Shown: piece after piece, positions 1 through 15,209 of the stretch
Position numbering within the stretch: the stretch's first letter is position 1
Layout of the letters: each line of letters begins with the position of its first letter
Assembly (NCBI GenBank): GCA_964016885.1
Contig: OZ024755.1
Coordinates: 24,366,001-24,430,000, forward strand
From: Eledone cirrhosa
Taxonomy: Eukaryota
Direction: 5' to 3'
Length of the DNA: 64,000 bases
Notes under the pieces: model-generated
What the model was told of the DNA's origin: nothing
What the model saw: the letters and a program-made list of their open reading frames with translations, nothing else
The model's database searches: none
Position numbers and translations under genes: made by a program

Positions 1-1225
1 ATTATATAGGAAAACATAGTCGTATACCTATAAAATACCTAACTAAGCTGTACTCATTAAGGATGGCCTTGGAGTTGTTTTTTAATTATTATCATATATC
101 TGGTAATCTATTTGTTAAATATTTTAAATACATTCACCAAACTCAAGTTAAAATAGGAAATATTTATGGAATCTTGTTGAAGTTATATTAAGATGTACAC
201 AATAATTGTTAGAGGCTGTGTCAACTTGTTCAGCAGTAAGGATTCACATTTTATCTTCATCCTGTGCGTCAACTGTTAGTTTTGGAGAGAATTTTCAGGC
301 TTAAATAGTCAACTTGTATGCTACAGTTTACTGTAATTTTCATGATCGTTTTTGCAACTTTAGTAACATTTTCAAATATTTAGTGTAGCTAAAGGGTTAA
401 ACTGCCATAAGTTTGCACATATATTTAAAAAACATACATATATATATCTAATGTTCCTGGATGAAAATTATATTTCATAATCATCAACATTTAACGTCTG
501 TTTTCCATACGAACAAGGGTTGGACAGGCTGTAGTACATAATTGGTACTACTGACCTCTCAGATGGGTTGGGGGTCTTGCATCTCATATATTTCAGCATT
601 CTGTAGAGTTCACTGGGTGCATTCTATCATGGCACCCATACTAGGGAGCTTATCATGTCTTTGAAACAACTGAAGAGTTGTCTTGACCCTTTGTTTGGCT
701 AGCTCTCTATGACTGGATGCTCTTCTTATCGCCCACCATTTTACAGTGTGTACTAGATGCATTTATTGTGTAGATCACCAACAGTAGAGAAATTGTTGGG
801 CCCTTGATACAACTGAATGGTTTTCTTAACCCTTTGCTGGGATAGTTTCTACAGCTGAATGTCCTTCCTATCACCAACCATTTTACGGGGTGTACTGGGT
901 GCATTTTACATGGCATCAAAACTATATTTGTTAAATGTAATTGGTGTATTTCATTAAAAATCTGATTATATTTTAAGAATTTCCTTTGTATTTGTGAAAA
1001 ACAAACAAAAAAAAACAATAATTTGGTATAAAATGTATTCTATTTTTCTTCTAAAGATTGAATTTTTTAAATAATGATAGAAAACACTTGTATATTTACT
1101 TCCAGACATTTACTTAATATTTTTCATAAATCTTCTTTTTTTATATAATTAACTGGATTTAACAATGTAATGAAATTCTGAATTTGTAGCAGAAATTATT
1201 CATAAAAATAAATCTGATTTATTAA

Positions 1226-1708
1226 CTCTTAATGTCTTGTACTACATGAAATCACATTAACAAAACCTTCTTGAAAAGTAAACCATAACTATAACTATAT
1301 CACATTAATAATTTAAGTCATTATTCTAATATTGCAAATTTTCCCTACAATCTGTCCACTAGTAAAGATACTGCAAATATTTTAATTAACTGACTGCATG
1401 AAACTACACTAGCAAGACATTCTTGAAAAGAAAACCATGACTATGATTGTATTACATTAAAAATTTAAGTCATTACTCTAATATTATAAATTTTCACAAC
1501 AATCTGTCAACTAGTAAGGATACTGCAAACATTTCAATTAACTGACTGCAAGACATTCTTGTAAAGTACTATTACTATTTCTATATCACATTAAAAATGA
1601 AAGTCTACTACAAAATTTCAGAATGATCAGTAGTAAATACTATACAAATTTGAACTAGTAGAAAATATCCAAAAACTGGTTTGTGAATTCATTACAGGAC
1701 ATTAAGAG
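1226..1708. mobile_element. piggyBac-like MITE with internal ~150 bp tandem duplication
   Basis: TTAA|CTCTTAATGTCTTGTA ... TACAGGACATTAAGAG|TTAA, i.e. ~16 bp TIRs with a TTAA TSD; about 2.5 internal tandem copies. Confidence 0.7.
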
Positions 1709-2741
1709 TTAACATTTTGTGTGCAGGAATGGAATAAAAATTGATTATTTTATATATTTACCAAGATGAATATTTAAACAACGTATTTATAACAAATTTG
1801 ATATTTTGTAATTTTCATTAAAAATTATTTCCCTCCCTCTCTGTAACTAACTATGTCATGCCCTGGACCCTAAACTCCTGGTGGTATCGTGTGTTGATGT
1901 TACACACAGCGTGTCTTGGGTATTTTAGTTCTGGCAGAGCCTATCACTTTCCAGTTTGGAATACTCAACCACAACAAGATTCAAACTCAAAATATAAAGA
2001 ATAGGAACAAATACCATGAAACATTCTGACATTCTAAAGACTCTGTCAATTTGCTGCCTTCCAACCAAATGTATTTGAATACAAAATCTTAAAACTAAGA
2101 ATTTGAAACATGCTTTTTTCAAAATGCTTTGGTCATTTTCAATTTTATCATTTTATCATTGAGAAATATATCATTCAACTTATATTTATTCATTTATTGT
2201 GGATGCAGCAATCATTAGGTCATAAGTTTGATATTGCTCAGCATCTACAGCAAGTATCATTTACCATAGTCATGAGTTGACCCATGCCTTGTGGATAAAA
2301 CTGGGTTGACATAGAGTGTTTGGAAAGCCATTGGATGGACTGTACCTGTAATTCAATTGGATAGTCTTGTCATACACTGTCACAATGAATCTCCCTGCGA
2401 ATTGCTTTATGGTTATATATGTCAGTGGAATACTTAGCCACTTACTCATTAATTTCATGAGCAAGCAGTTCCTTTGATCAAACAAGTGGAACACTCATCA
2501 TCAAAACGACCGAGGTTCATCGATATTATAAAGTTTTATGACACATAGTTACTTGTAATATTGAAATTCTTATAAATTGAAGTGTAAGTTTCTTCAAAGA
2601 ACAGTTCTTCCTCATCTTTGAACTTGTTTCTTTGCATGACATGAATTTTTATAAATTTACTTCAAATATTTTACACATTTCATGGATTGTTTATTTCCAA
2701 GACAGCATTGCTAATTTCTGCAGGTTCTCTTAACCTGTGGT

Positions 2742-3042
2742 TAGAGCCAGATTTAATGGGGGGTAATTGCTCTGGGCCCCCTGCAGTAGGGAGTCCCCAC
2801 CAGCAACGGCTGTAGCAATTTATTTGTGCCCTCAGCTGGGGTTTTTAATTTTAGGATGGTTAGAATTTTTTAATTTAATACCTGTATGTATAACTTTTCA
2901 ATTCCAATTACTTATGCCAAGTTAACTTTGATATGTTAAATAGGGGGTTTGCTGTATATTCTAATTTTTTTTTGTGTGTGTGTGTGTTTGAGCCCCCCAC
3001 CCCTGAAGTGCCCCGGGCCCCCAAGTTCTAAATCCATCCCTG
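2742..3042 (-). mobile_element. hAT-type MITE (same family as 17560-17845, opposite orientation)
   Basis: Perfect 8 bp TSD CCTGTGGT (2734-2741 and 3043-3050); imperfect TIRs TAGAGCCAGATTTA / TAAATCCATCCCTG; internal sequence is the reverse complement of 17560-17845. Confidence 0.8.
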
Positions 3043-3705
3043 CCTGTGGTGTATATATGTGTAAACATAATTTTACCTCACTTCCTATTAGGAGTTACTG
3101 TCCCTTACAGTCAGGATATAAGTTAATTCCTATCAAGAGTTACTGCTCTTCCCAATCCTGGTTTTAGTGTGTTTCCATCAAAGGTTATTGTCCTATATGA
3201 ATCAGTTCTCATCATGAGTTACTGCCCCTTCCATACAGGTTAACATTACATGGTTGTTGTTTGTAAGGAAATTGTATAAGTTACTCCATTAAGAAAACTT
3301 GGTAAGGAAACATTATTAAGGTCAATATTTCACTAGAAGAACCCTCTACCATGACCACTACCACCGACCAAATATCTAACAATCGTATTATCATGGAATT
3401 CTTTGCAATAATATTTTTTTTTTATATAAATACATTTTCTCCTACAATTGTAGAACTAAAAATTTATTTCAATTAAATCAAAGTGAATAAACAAAAAGAA
3501 TTATATGCAATCACACGCACAAACATATTGAGACGTATAGATAATCATATACACAAACATGTAGGCAACCATACACATGTAGAAAGGTGTAGATAATCAT
3601 ACACATACAGATACTCAATATCACATGCACAACGTTTAGAAAATTACACACACACACACACACACTTATAGATAATCATTCACACACATGTATAGCTGAC
3701 AATAT

Positions 3706-3759
<54 letters not shown>

Positions 3760-4471
3760 TAATCATTCACACACAAACGAATAGCTGACCACATCACACA
3801 CACACTCAGACGTATAGCTGACAGCATCACACACAAATATATAACTGACATCATCACACACATACACAAACATATAGCTGACATCATCACACAGACAAAC
3901 GTATAACTAACAATATCACAACATTCTGCCATTTTACTACCATCTTGAATTTAAAACCCCAAAATCTGACTGAGAAACTGTTTGTCATTGTTGTAGAATT
4001 GTTTTAGCAGTAAGTTCCCAGCAAACTGCACATATAATTCCTTTCATTACAAACTGCTTTATTTCAGTAGCTAATGACCTTGGAGGGAAATGCATGAACA
4101 TCATACAGTCCCATATTTTCATCTTTTTATATTTGATATTCCATGCCTCTGTAAGCAATCTCGTATATGTGTTTTATGGTAATATGAATAAAGTATAATG
4201 TGTGTATTTTGAGTCTTTGTTGTTGTTGTTTTTAAATCAATGTAGAATAATATTAAACATTTTAAAGTCACAGGTAGTACAAGCTTATCATTGTCATCTG
4301 TCTACTTTCTCTGCAGGAATGGGTTGGATGGGTTATTACAATCTGAGACTAGTGGGGTTGGAGAATCATATCTTATTCATATGGTCGATATTTTGGCATG
4401 GTATCTATAACTGGATGACCTTTACAATGCTGACCTAAAAGTCTAGAAGTCTGTCTCAAGCCAGAAGGCTC

Positions 4472-4720
4472 ATTGGTAGTGCTTATCCTGGTTTTGTGGC
4501 GTGAAGCAACTGAGAGTACAAGACTTCCCCCTGGACAGGATGCCAGTCTATCACAGGGTTAAACCCCCCAGCTATTGCTGGTACTTATTTTCAGCTGAGT
4601 ATACTGGAGCAACATAAAATGAAGTGTTTTGCTCAAGAACACAATACGCAACCCAGCCCGGGAATCAAACCCATACCATTATGATTGGAAGTTCAACACC
4701 CATACCACTAGGCCAAGCAC
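4472..4720 (-). mobile_element. tRNA-derived SINE, family B (CORE-like, possibly OR1/OR2-related)
   Basis: Minus strand has a tRNA-like head and the core GTGTTCTTGAGCAAAACACTTCATTTTATGTTGCTCCAGT; near-identical copy at 28425-28697; partial copies near 7325, 18795, 34370, 47300 and 60950. Confidence 0.7.
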
Positions 4721-5022
4721 CTTTACCAATACTGACCACTATGCATACTACCACTGTACAGAACGTAATGTGTGCATTTTATTGTTACAGCAGCACTGCC
4801 ACTTTACAGAGTGTGTCAAGGGTGTTTCATCATAGAACCAGCTCTAGAGAGGTTGTCATACTCAGAAACACTGAAGAATGCTCTTTACCCTATATTATCT
4901 CTGTTCAATCAAAAACCACTTTACAGAGTGTACTGAGTGCATTTTGTCATGACATCAACACCTAAAAGATTGTCATACTCCGTAACACTGAACAATACTC
5001 TTTACCCTATATCTCTGTTTAG

Positions 5023-5212
5023 AGCGGTGGATTGGCAGTATCGGTAGAGGGTCGGGCGCCATGCTTTGAAGCATAGAGTTACCTCCCTTTATGATCTGAG
5101 TTCAAATCCCGCCGAGGTTAACTTTGCCTTTCATCCTTACGGGGTCGATAAAATAAAGTACCAGTAATGCACTGGGATAATTGTTGGCCTGGTGCCAAAA
5201 GTAGAAACAATT
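5023..5212 (+). mobile_element. tRNA-derived SINE, family A (Meta-domain-like core)
   Basis: TGGCAGTATCGG A-box, GTTCAAATCCC B-box, and core GCCTTTCATCCTTACGGGGTCGATAAAATAAAGTACCAG; more than 15 copies in the window. Confidence 0.8.
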
Positions 5213-6724
5213 ATCTCTGTTTAATCAAAAATCACTTTGCAGATTGTACTGGGTGCATTTTATCATGGCACCAGCACCTGAAAGGTCAAGTCCTTGACAA
5301 GACAAAAGAGTTCCCTCAAACCTATGTCATCTTTGTTTGTCTATCCACCACTTTACAGGTTGTACAGAGTGTGCTGCATCTGTGTTATAAAGACTTTACA
5401 ATGTGTTACACTAATATAATTGTTACTCTAATATAGGTAAGTATTAAATTCCAAACTTTTCATTGTACATTTACAAACTGTTCATCATCATCATCATCCA
5501 CTTTCCACACTGGTATGGGTTGGTCATGTTGTCACAGTTTGATTTTTTTCAGAATTGCTGACAACCTAGACAGGTTAGACATCTGTGTCTCACACATATG
5601 TACTATTGCTTTGGAATGATTTCTATGATTGAACACCCTTCCTAACATTAACCACTTCATAGAGCATAAGGGGGCACATTTTCTCATGTCATCAACATTA
5701 GTAATGTTGATATATCCTTTGTAGCGGTAGAGGGTCTTTCGATCCTATATTATCTCTACACTGAAGTCACCTATGGTACCAGGAAAAACAGGAAGAAGTG
5801 ATCAGAGGAGAAATGTATTGAGTTTTCAATCTATAACACATGTTTCTGTACAATTACATAACTGTCTACATGCACTGACTGCATTATACAATGCTCATTC
5901 ATGTGCATTACGTTTCTATTATTGCACTTCATCAGAAAAAGGTTAACAAAGAGGAAGAAAATAATTTGTGGGTACCACATTTCTGGAATATGCATTACTT
6001 ACTGCTGACAAAGCTAAAGTACAAAACATTGGTATATAGAGAAATGCAGAATCAAAATATAATATACAAATAACAGTATTTGTATATTATATATTAAATA
6101 AGTAAGCAAAAAATAATAAATAAAATAATAAAATCATGAATTACAATAAATATACCAAGTATAGATACACTATTTGTGTGGGGAGAGATTACAATCCAAA
6201 TGACCAATGAGAAGTATATTAGAGTTGTAAGTAGAGAGAGTTCAGGGAGAGGAAGGATTAAGGCTGGTAAAAAAAACCCTACTTAATTCATATATTGTAG
6301 ATAGGGGAAGAGGGGGAGGAAAAAGAAAAGAAAAGAAAAGAGAGAAGAAAAAAGAAAGGAGGCTGGAGTGACCAGAATTGGTAAAATATCATGGAAAGGC
6401 TATAAATTAGCTTGGAGCAGAGAATTAGTTTTATCTCAACAGGAATCACCAACAGAAAGGACAAGTGGGCACCAAAATGAATCAAGGCAGAGAGAAAGGG
6501 TGAGTATTTCAAGTAGAGTGGATATGGAGACACAGAATCCTATCCTATAATAGTCAGAGTGATATTTAGTGAAAGTCTTTAATGCCTTATGCTGGAAGTT
6601 AAAGATTCTATTGTATTGAGAGGTCAACAGATCTGATCCAGTCATAATTTCTAATACTTCCATCACAAAGATCACAGGAGCATCTTTCATTTTGGTATGG
6701 CAGGCAAATCTTAAAACTGACCAC

Positions 6725-6784
<60 letters not shown>

Positions 6785-6803
6785 ATTTATATATATATAT
6801 ATT

Positions 6804-6889
<86 letters not shown>

Positions 6890-6960
6890 GAACTAATATT
6901 TAATTTGTTGGGATTCCAACAAACTTAAAAGTTATGTCACTATTTATAAAACAAATTTTG

Positions 6961-7025
6961 TATTTTATCTGATGAAAGTGCACCAAGATTGGCTTGGTCA
7001 CCCTTGAAATATATATAATAAAATA
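6961..7025 (+). ncRNA. Minimal type I hammerhead ribozyme motif
   Basis: TATTTTAT-CTGATGA-[AAG..ACCAAG loop CTTGGT..CTT]-GAAA-TATATA-TA-ATAAAATA: perfect 8 bp stem I, intact core, palindromic stem III. Confidence 0.7.
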
Positions 7026-7063
7026 ATTATAGTTTTATAAATATAGTTTCCATTTATTAATAT

Positions 7064-7117
<54 letters not shown>

Positions 7118-7974
7118 TATATATATACATAGATATACATACATATAGAATTATATATGTATATGTACATACATATATACGTATATACATATATACATAT
7201 GCACACTTGCTTACATACACATATATATACACACAGGCATATACATACATATATATACATATATATATATACATATAAATATATTTATACATACACACAA
7301 ATATGTACACATAAATATGCATAGAGTACTGGTGAGTGAACTGGAGCAACATAAAATAAAGTGTCTTGTTCAAAAACAGAACGCAAAGCCCTATCTGAGA
7401 ATCGAACTCTAACCACTAAGCCATGCGCCTATTATATATATATACATACACACACAAACTCACACATACTCACACACAAAATGCATCTAATACTCTCTAT
7501 AAAGTGTTTAATGATAGGGAGGGCATCCAGCTATAGAAAACTTGCCAAACAAAGAGTTAGTGTTCTTCAGTTGAAGTCATGACAATTTCATTTGTGCTGA
7601 AAGCCACGATGAAATTATACCTGATACACCCTGTTGAGTGTGGGGTCGTATTATAGTGATACTGACCCAAACTAACCTGAGAGATCAGTATTTCCGATTA
7701 AGTATTGACTTGGTCTGCGATAACCCATTCAAACGTTGCTCGGAAGGAATACAGACATTGATGATAATGATGATTATGATAATGATGATTATGATAATGA
7801 TGATTATGATAATGATGATGAAGATTATATTCTTTGCACCATGGTAACGACAAGCTGCTTGTCAAATGCCATCTTTATTCAAACTACGAAACAAATTCAT
7901 AAGTAAGTTTGCCAGCTTTAACACAAAAAGAATTTTTAAAATGGATAGTTATGATGTTCATATATTTTTCAAGT

Positions 7975-8240
7975 GGTCTCTTCTTCTTCTTCTTCTTCTT
8001 CTTCTTCTTCTTCTCCTTCTTTTCTTCTTCTTCTTCCACATATTAATGAGAGGGTCGTGAGGGCAGAGTCCTGAAACACTCCTTCCAGCAGGTCCTGTGA
8101 GAAGAAACCATTTCCAGTTGATCCAGCTGCGTCCCAAAGTGAGACCAGTCAAGCTCATTGATGTTATCCAACTATCTTGCTCGGGGGTCTACCCCTGGGT
8201 CTCCTGTCGGTTGGTTTTTGTTTGTAAAATCTTTATTGAT
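7975..8240 (-). mobile_element. RTE-clade LINE 3' end with (GAA)n tail
   Basis: Minus-strand translation QGRPRAR*LDNINELDWS..., homologous to 48095-48360; ends in a (GAA)n microsatellite. Confidence 0.65.
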
Positions 8241-8544
8241 GGACCTCTGTTGATTTTAACATATGGCTGTTGCTATTGTTTGGTCAACTGAATGACCTAC
8301 TCACTAAATTTACATATACATGGCTGAGTATTCCACTGACATGTGTATCCTAGATGTAATTCTCATGCAGAATCACAGTGATACAGTGTGTAACAAAGTT
8401 GAACCTTTGAATTATAGTCTCAGTCATTCTTTTATTATTAAGAAACTGGCTGAGTATTCCACAGTCATATATACCCTTAACATAATTCATAGGTTGAATC
8501 TGGTACGGCCCATCTTTTATTATAGAGTAAATGGCTGGGCAATG

Positions 8545-8758
8545 TATTGGCAGAATCGGTAGAGCGTCGGATACCATGCTTCGTGACACGGAGTTACGGC
8601 CCTTTACGTTCTGTGTTCAAATCATGTCGAGGTTAGCTTTGCCTTTCATCCGTATGGTGTCGATAAAATAAAGTACCAGTAATGCACTGGGGTCAATTTA
8701 ATCGACTTTCCTCTTCTTCAAAATTGCTGGCCTTGTGCCTAAATCAGAAATCATTATA
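8545..8758 (+). mobile_element. SINE family A
   Basis: Same head and core as 5023-5212. Confidence 0.75.
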
Positions 8759-9704
8759 ACGTAAGTGGCTGAGTATTCCACAGAAACATGTACCCATAAT
8801 TTAATTATTATGGGGGATTCAGCTTGGCACAATATCTGACAAGGCTGGGCTCTTTGAATTACAAGTACAGCCCATCTCATGAGCTTCCATCTACTCAATT
8901 TATCTCATATGGCTTAGGTTAACCCAGAGCTTAAGCTACACTGTGGGACGAAACTTGAAACACCATATTTGCGAAACAAGTTTCCTAACTATTCGACCAT
9001 GATGTTAATGAAAGAAAATGGCTGCAATCAGCGAACGTAAAGAAACCAATCAGTGGCTTGAATCGTGAATAATTTACCACCTTCTATTTTACACTACATT
9101 TTCGTAGCAGAGGAAATTATACAACATCTATATTTTCACCTTACACTGGTTTACATTTGGCAAAAATAACGAAATTTGGTCTGTTGCTGCCAATTGGCTT
9201 TAACTCGGCTTGTCATTCACGCGAGCAATATACGTATGTGTTAATGTCAATGGCGTAATTATACCGACAGCGCTAAATAAACACTAACTTTTCAAGAATT
9301 AATGCTCTTTGAGATTGTAGTTTTAGTGGCAGAGAAACTAGACAAAAGCAACCATTTTGTTTTTCCAAGTTAGGAAATAATATATTATTAGATTTCGTTG
9401 CAGTAAATTGCTTGTTCGCCTCACTTGCCAGTTATTTCTAGTTAGGAGACGGTCATCTATTCTCTTATAAAGCAGTCTCTACACCCACGCAGAAACACAA
9501 TCAGTGTTTGTTAATTTAGTTTAAATTGAAGTAATCGGAAAGAAACTCTGTGTTATTTCCGTGAATGTATGTCTTGAATGAATCAGTCTATAATTTTATA
9601 TAGTTTTATATACAACATAATTATGTGAATGATAAGAGAAAAACGAAGAATGATGATAGCAACAACGGTGAAAGAAAGAAGGGTCAAAGAAGCTGTGAAA
9701 GAGG

Positions 9705-9707
9705 GAA

Positions 9708-9747
<40 letters not shown>

Positions 9748-10072
9748 ATATACATATATATATACATATGTATATATGTATGTATACATATATACAGTAT
9801 ATATATATATACATACATGTATATATATGTATATATTATACATATATACAGTATATATATACATATATATATAAATATATGTATATATTATACATATATA
9901 CAGTATATATATATACATATATATATAAATATATGTATATATTATACATATATACAGTATATATATATACATATATATATAAATATATGTATATACATAT
10001 ATATATATAAATATATGTATATATTATACATATATATATATAAATATGTATATATTATATATATAAATATAC

Positions 10073-10107
<35 letters not shown>

Positions 10108-10132
10108 AATATATATATATATAAATATAAAT

Positions 10133-10169
<37 letters not shown>

Positions 10170-10172
10170 AAT

Positions 10173-10265
<93 letters not shown>

Positions 10266-10294
10266 AATATATATATATATCATACATATTATAT

Positions 10295-10348
<54 letters not shown>

Positions 10349-10362
10349 CATACATATTATAT

Positions 10363-10412
<50 letters not shown>

Positions 10413-10415
10413 TAC

Positions 10416-10454
<39 letters not shown>

Positions 10455-10488
10455 TACATATTATATATATATAATATATATATCATAC

Positions 10489-10531
<43 letters not shown>

Positions 10532-10578
10532 TATCATACATATTATATATATATATATAATATATATATCATACATAT

Positions 10579-10611
<33 letters not shown>

Positions 10612-10738
10612 TATCATACATATTATATATATATATATATATATCATACATATTATATATATATATATATATATCATACATATTATATATATATATATAT
10701 ATATCATACATATATATATATATATATATATATCATAC

Positions 10739-10773
<35 letters not shown>

Positions 10774-10776
10774 TAC

Positions 10777-10811
<35 letters not shown>

Positions 10812-10814
10812 TAC

Positions 10815-10855
<41 letters not shown>

Positions 10856-10919
10856 TACATATTATATATATATATATATAATCATACATATTATATATAT
10901 ATATATATATATATCATAC

Positions 10920-10970
<51 letters not shown>

Positions 10971-10977
10971 TACATAT

Positions 10978-11014
<37 letters not shown>

Positions 11015-11195
11015 CATACATATTATATATATATATATATATATCATACATATTATATATATATATATATCATACATATTATATATATATATATATATAT
11101 CATACATATTATATATATATATATATATCATACATATTATATATATATATATATATATCATACATATTATATATATATATATATATCATACATAT

Positions 11196-11239
<44 letters not shown>

Positions 11240-11248
11240 CATACATAT

Positions 11249-11270
<22 letters not shown>
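9705..11270. repeat. 1.5 kb compound (TA)n tract with periodic CATACATATT interruptions
   Basis: Directly visible. Confidence 0.95.
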
Positions 11271-11287
<17 letters not shown>

Positions 11288-12765
11288 TGGGGGCAGTAAT
11301 TGGTGTATAAGAGAGGAAGACATGACAAGTAAGTGTTGTTAGTCAAGAAACAGAAACATTCACACTTACAAAAACACACATACTCAGATAAGCACGTACA
11401 GAAACATTTACACATACACACACAAATATGCACGTACAGACACACACACTCAAATATGCACGTACAGACACACAGACACACTTACACACACATACTCAAA
11501 TATGCACGTACAGAAATACACACTTACATACACACACACAGATATAAATATAAATATATGCAACACATACCTTGCTTACAGGGAAAATGGACACTAAATT
11601 ATACACGTATATATACACACATGCACACACACAGACTGGTGCCGACGTATAAACACACAACATACACAAACACATGCACACAAACACACATGCACATAAA
11701 CACACACATACACACATTCACAGATGCACACAACATAGGCAAAAAACACAAACACACAACATAAGCAAACACACACACATTCATTCACACAGCATAGGCA
11801 AAAACAGAAGCACACAACATATGCATAAACACACACACATTCACACAAACACAACATAGGCATAAACACTCACACATTCACACATACACACAACATCGGC
11901 AAAAACCGTTTCATTTTCACACATATACAAATCTATTGTGTTCGTATTTTCATATTTGCAACACATATGGAAGAAATCAAAGACCTACTCAATTCTTTTT
12001 ATCTCCTGTGTTGGAACCTGCAGCTAAATATAGATTGATAGAAACTCAGTCTATATAAGGAAGATTAACAGTTAATATTATTTATGCCCTGTAAGTAATT
12101 ACGCGTCATTCAACTTCATTTATCCTTTCATAGTAATAAACTTAGGATTATATATGCTGCGTTGAACAAGCTATTAAATGGAGGACTGGATATTTTAACG
12201 CCTACGATATGGCAACCATTTTGTTTGGATATCTTTTTCTGTGTTGCTGTTTGATAAAGGATAAAATGATATATCGTTTGATTTAAGAAGCACTGAGGAA
12301 ACTTTATATTTGAAATGTGTGCCCCAACGCAAATGACCATAATAATAATAGTTGCGAAAATCAGGTAAAATAAAGTCCTGGAAATGGAGAAAAATTGGAT
12401 AGGGATCCTATCTATCTCTATAACCACTCTGCATCTCCCATGCATTGAGCACTCCCATGATTAGTGGTCACTTCGGTCTCATCACTGCAGACTCTCTCTC
12501 TCTCTCTCTACATATATATATATATATACATATATATATAAATGGAATAGAATGAAACGAAATTTCATTTCTCACTCTTAGTACGTTTGCAATTATGCAA
12601 ACAAGCCTCAATTTTATAGCCATGTCAGTAGAATGAACCCTTCATTCTTGCTCTTGTATTGGCATGCGAACAGAACTGCAGTTTTGTTCGCATGCCGACA
12701 CAAGAGCAAGAATGCATAATTGCAAACGAATCGAATGTTATTATTGATATTCGAAAAACTCAGAT

Positions 12766-12831
<66 letters not shown>

Positions 12832-13299
12832 TTTGTTTTGAAATAGCGAGCGAAGTTTGAAATTTAGTAGAAATAGAAGCTTTCGTCGTATTTTTGACTA
12901 AAGAAATTTTAGCCTGATAGTGGAGTTTAAAACCCTATAAAGGATGAGTATATGTATATATATATATTGTTATACTTGGGGAGGGTCATATTGTTGTAAT
13001 AATATTCCCAGAATTAATAACAGAACACACTCACTGTTTGGTTGGTTTCGCTTCTGTATCACTTATATCAGTTAATTTATTCGGTCCTCAATGTTTACTA
13101 TTGACTGACCAACGGTCAAAAATACAGATATAATATAGACACAAACACATATATATAGTCTTATATATATATATATATATAATTGTTTCTACTTATGGCA
13201 CAAGGCCAGCAATTACTCAGTACATTACTGGTACTTTATTTTATCGACCCCGTAAGGATGACAGGCAAAGTTAACCTTGATGGGATTTGAACTCAGTCC

Positions 13300-13334
<35 letters not shown>

Positions 13335-13399
13335 GCAAATCAACTCGTGACCGAATATGACCACCTCAAAGACATATGTATATATAATTTCATGCTTGG

Positions 13400-13790
13400 A
13401 TATTCCGTCGCTGATGATGTGCCATTTGGCTAATCAGACCTGCAAGGGACTTGCATGCCGTACCACAATGCTCACATCTCAGTCTGCTTTTCAGGATGCT
13501 TTTCAGGATGCTGTCATTTGTAATGCCGAGTTAGTCCACTGATTGGCCTACACACTTTATTACCCACACTGCAATAGAAATCAACTTGGTAGACGGTGGT
13601 GTTTCTATGACATCTTTTGAAAAAAAAAAAATAGTCGCATTTGTTGCACGAAAGTTATTCTCTCGATCCTTCTCGGGGAGAGGATATTTACCAGCTCAGT
13701 ATATGCAATTCGGTTGTTATCCAATTCTATAGCAATAGTTGGAATCAGTTTTCTCCACTCCAGCCCATCCGATGCAAGATCTTCCCGTGT
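13400..13790 (-). mobile_element. RTE-clade LINE 3' end with C-terminal zinc-finger-like motifs
   Basis: EDLASDGLEWRKLI followed by CEHCGTACKSLAGLISQMAHH-like motif; degenerate. Confidence 0.55.
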
Positions 13791-14330
13791 GCTAAGAAGT
13801 GGAACTGCAGTGGTTTTGCTAAGGTTCGTTTGCATCTTTTTAGGAGGGATGCTGGGAATCCACCGGGGCCCAGCAGCTGAATTTGGTCTCATTTCATCTA
13901 TGGTTGATATTATATCTTCCTCCATTATATCTATGTAGTTAAAGGTTGCTATTGCTCCGTGTAATTCATCTGGGTTATTCATTTTCATGTGTTTCATTGG
14001 CGGCGTGAAAACACTTTTATGTTACTCGTTCAGTACCTCATTTTTCCTTTAGGGGTCTGCGATCAGTGAGTCATTTTTATGGAAAATAGCCTTATTCTGT
14101 AGTGTACTGAGGCAGTCTCTTTTGCGAAAGTAAAGGTGGCCTTAGGGTTTGGTTTTATATTTTATATAGCCCTGGCTCCTCTTTCTCCCCTCTCCTTTTC
14201 ATAGGAGAGTCTGAGTTCAGTTTCAATTTTCAATAGAACCTGCTTGAAATGGGATTCCTTTTTGTCCTTTAGTTGTATATTTAACCGGTTTCAGATCTTC
14301 GTTCTTCGTCTTGTAAGGATTTTTCTGTCT
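13790..14330 (-). mobile_element. LINE (CR1/L2/Jockey-group) pre-RT linker fragment
   Basis: IISTIDEMRPNSAAGP(DG)FPAFLLKRCKRTLAKPL with a frameshift; typical KAPGPDG region. Confidence 0.6.
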
Positions 14331-14334
14331 CTGG

Positions 14335-14522
14335 TAATAATTGTTTCTACTTTTGGCACAAGGCCAGCAATTATCACAGTGTATTACTGGTACTTTATTT
14401 TATCGACGCGATAAGGATGAAAGGCAAAGTTAACCTTGGCGGGATTTGAACTCAGTCCGTAAAGGGACGTAACTGTGCTGCAAAGCATGGCGTCCGACTC
14501 TCTACAGATACTGCCAATCCAC
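14335..14522 (-). mobile_element. SINE family A
   Basis: Reverse complement of 5023-5212; partial copies also at 13180-13300 and 18226-18350. Confidence 0.75.
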
Positions 14523-14621
14523 CTTGTGTGCCCGAGCCAAACTTAAAACATATCGTTTGTATTGTTGTCTTCAAATACTTATTGCATGTTGACGTCTTGT
14601 GTAGAATCATTTTAGCCATGT

Positions 14622-14659
<38 letters not shown>

Positions 14660-15209
14660 CTCTCTCTCTCACGCACACTTTCTCTTAACACACATGCACA
14701 CACACACACTCTCTCTCGCACACTTTCTCTCTCTCACACACACACACTTTCACACTTTCTCTCTCACGCACACACGCATTTAAACACACTCTCACACTTT
14801 CTCTCTCTCACACACACTCACTTTCTCTCTCTCACACACATACATGCACACATACACACACACACAGTTATATTCATTTGTCCTTTATTTCCTGATATCA
14901 AACAACTCATTGCAGCTCCACAAGGTGGCCAGCGGCACAATTCCATGTCGTAAAAGAGAACAATGATGAAAGAGAGACATAAAAATTAGATACAACAGAT
15001 TTCATTAATGGCTACAGTATCATTTCTAAAGTTTCTGTTGTTGTGGTTGTTGTTGTTGATCTTTTTCTCCTCCTCCCCCCTCCTTCTCTCCTCCTCTTCT
15101 TCTTCTTCTACTCCTCCTTCTCCTCCTCCTTCTTCACATATTACGGAACTTTATTACTTAATTCCATTTCCTTGAGAGAGTGTCTAGGTCTGAGATAATC
15201 CACATGCGG

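Noticed and set aside
1925-2520. Short ORFs in unique-looking sequence
   Set aside because: Stops in all frames and no recognisable motifs.
5023-5115. tRNA gene
   Set aside because: A and B boxes belong to a SINE head followed by the SINE core; no complete cloverleaf.
5895-5940. Minus-strand CTGATGA...GAAACGTA
   Set aside because: No stem I or stem II pairing; chance match.
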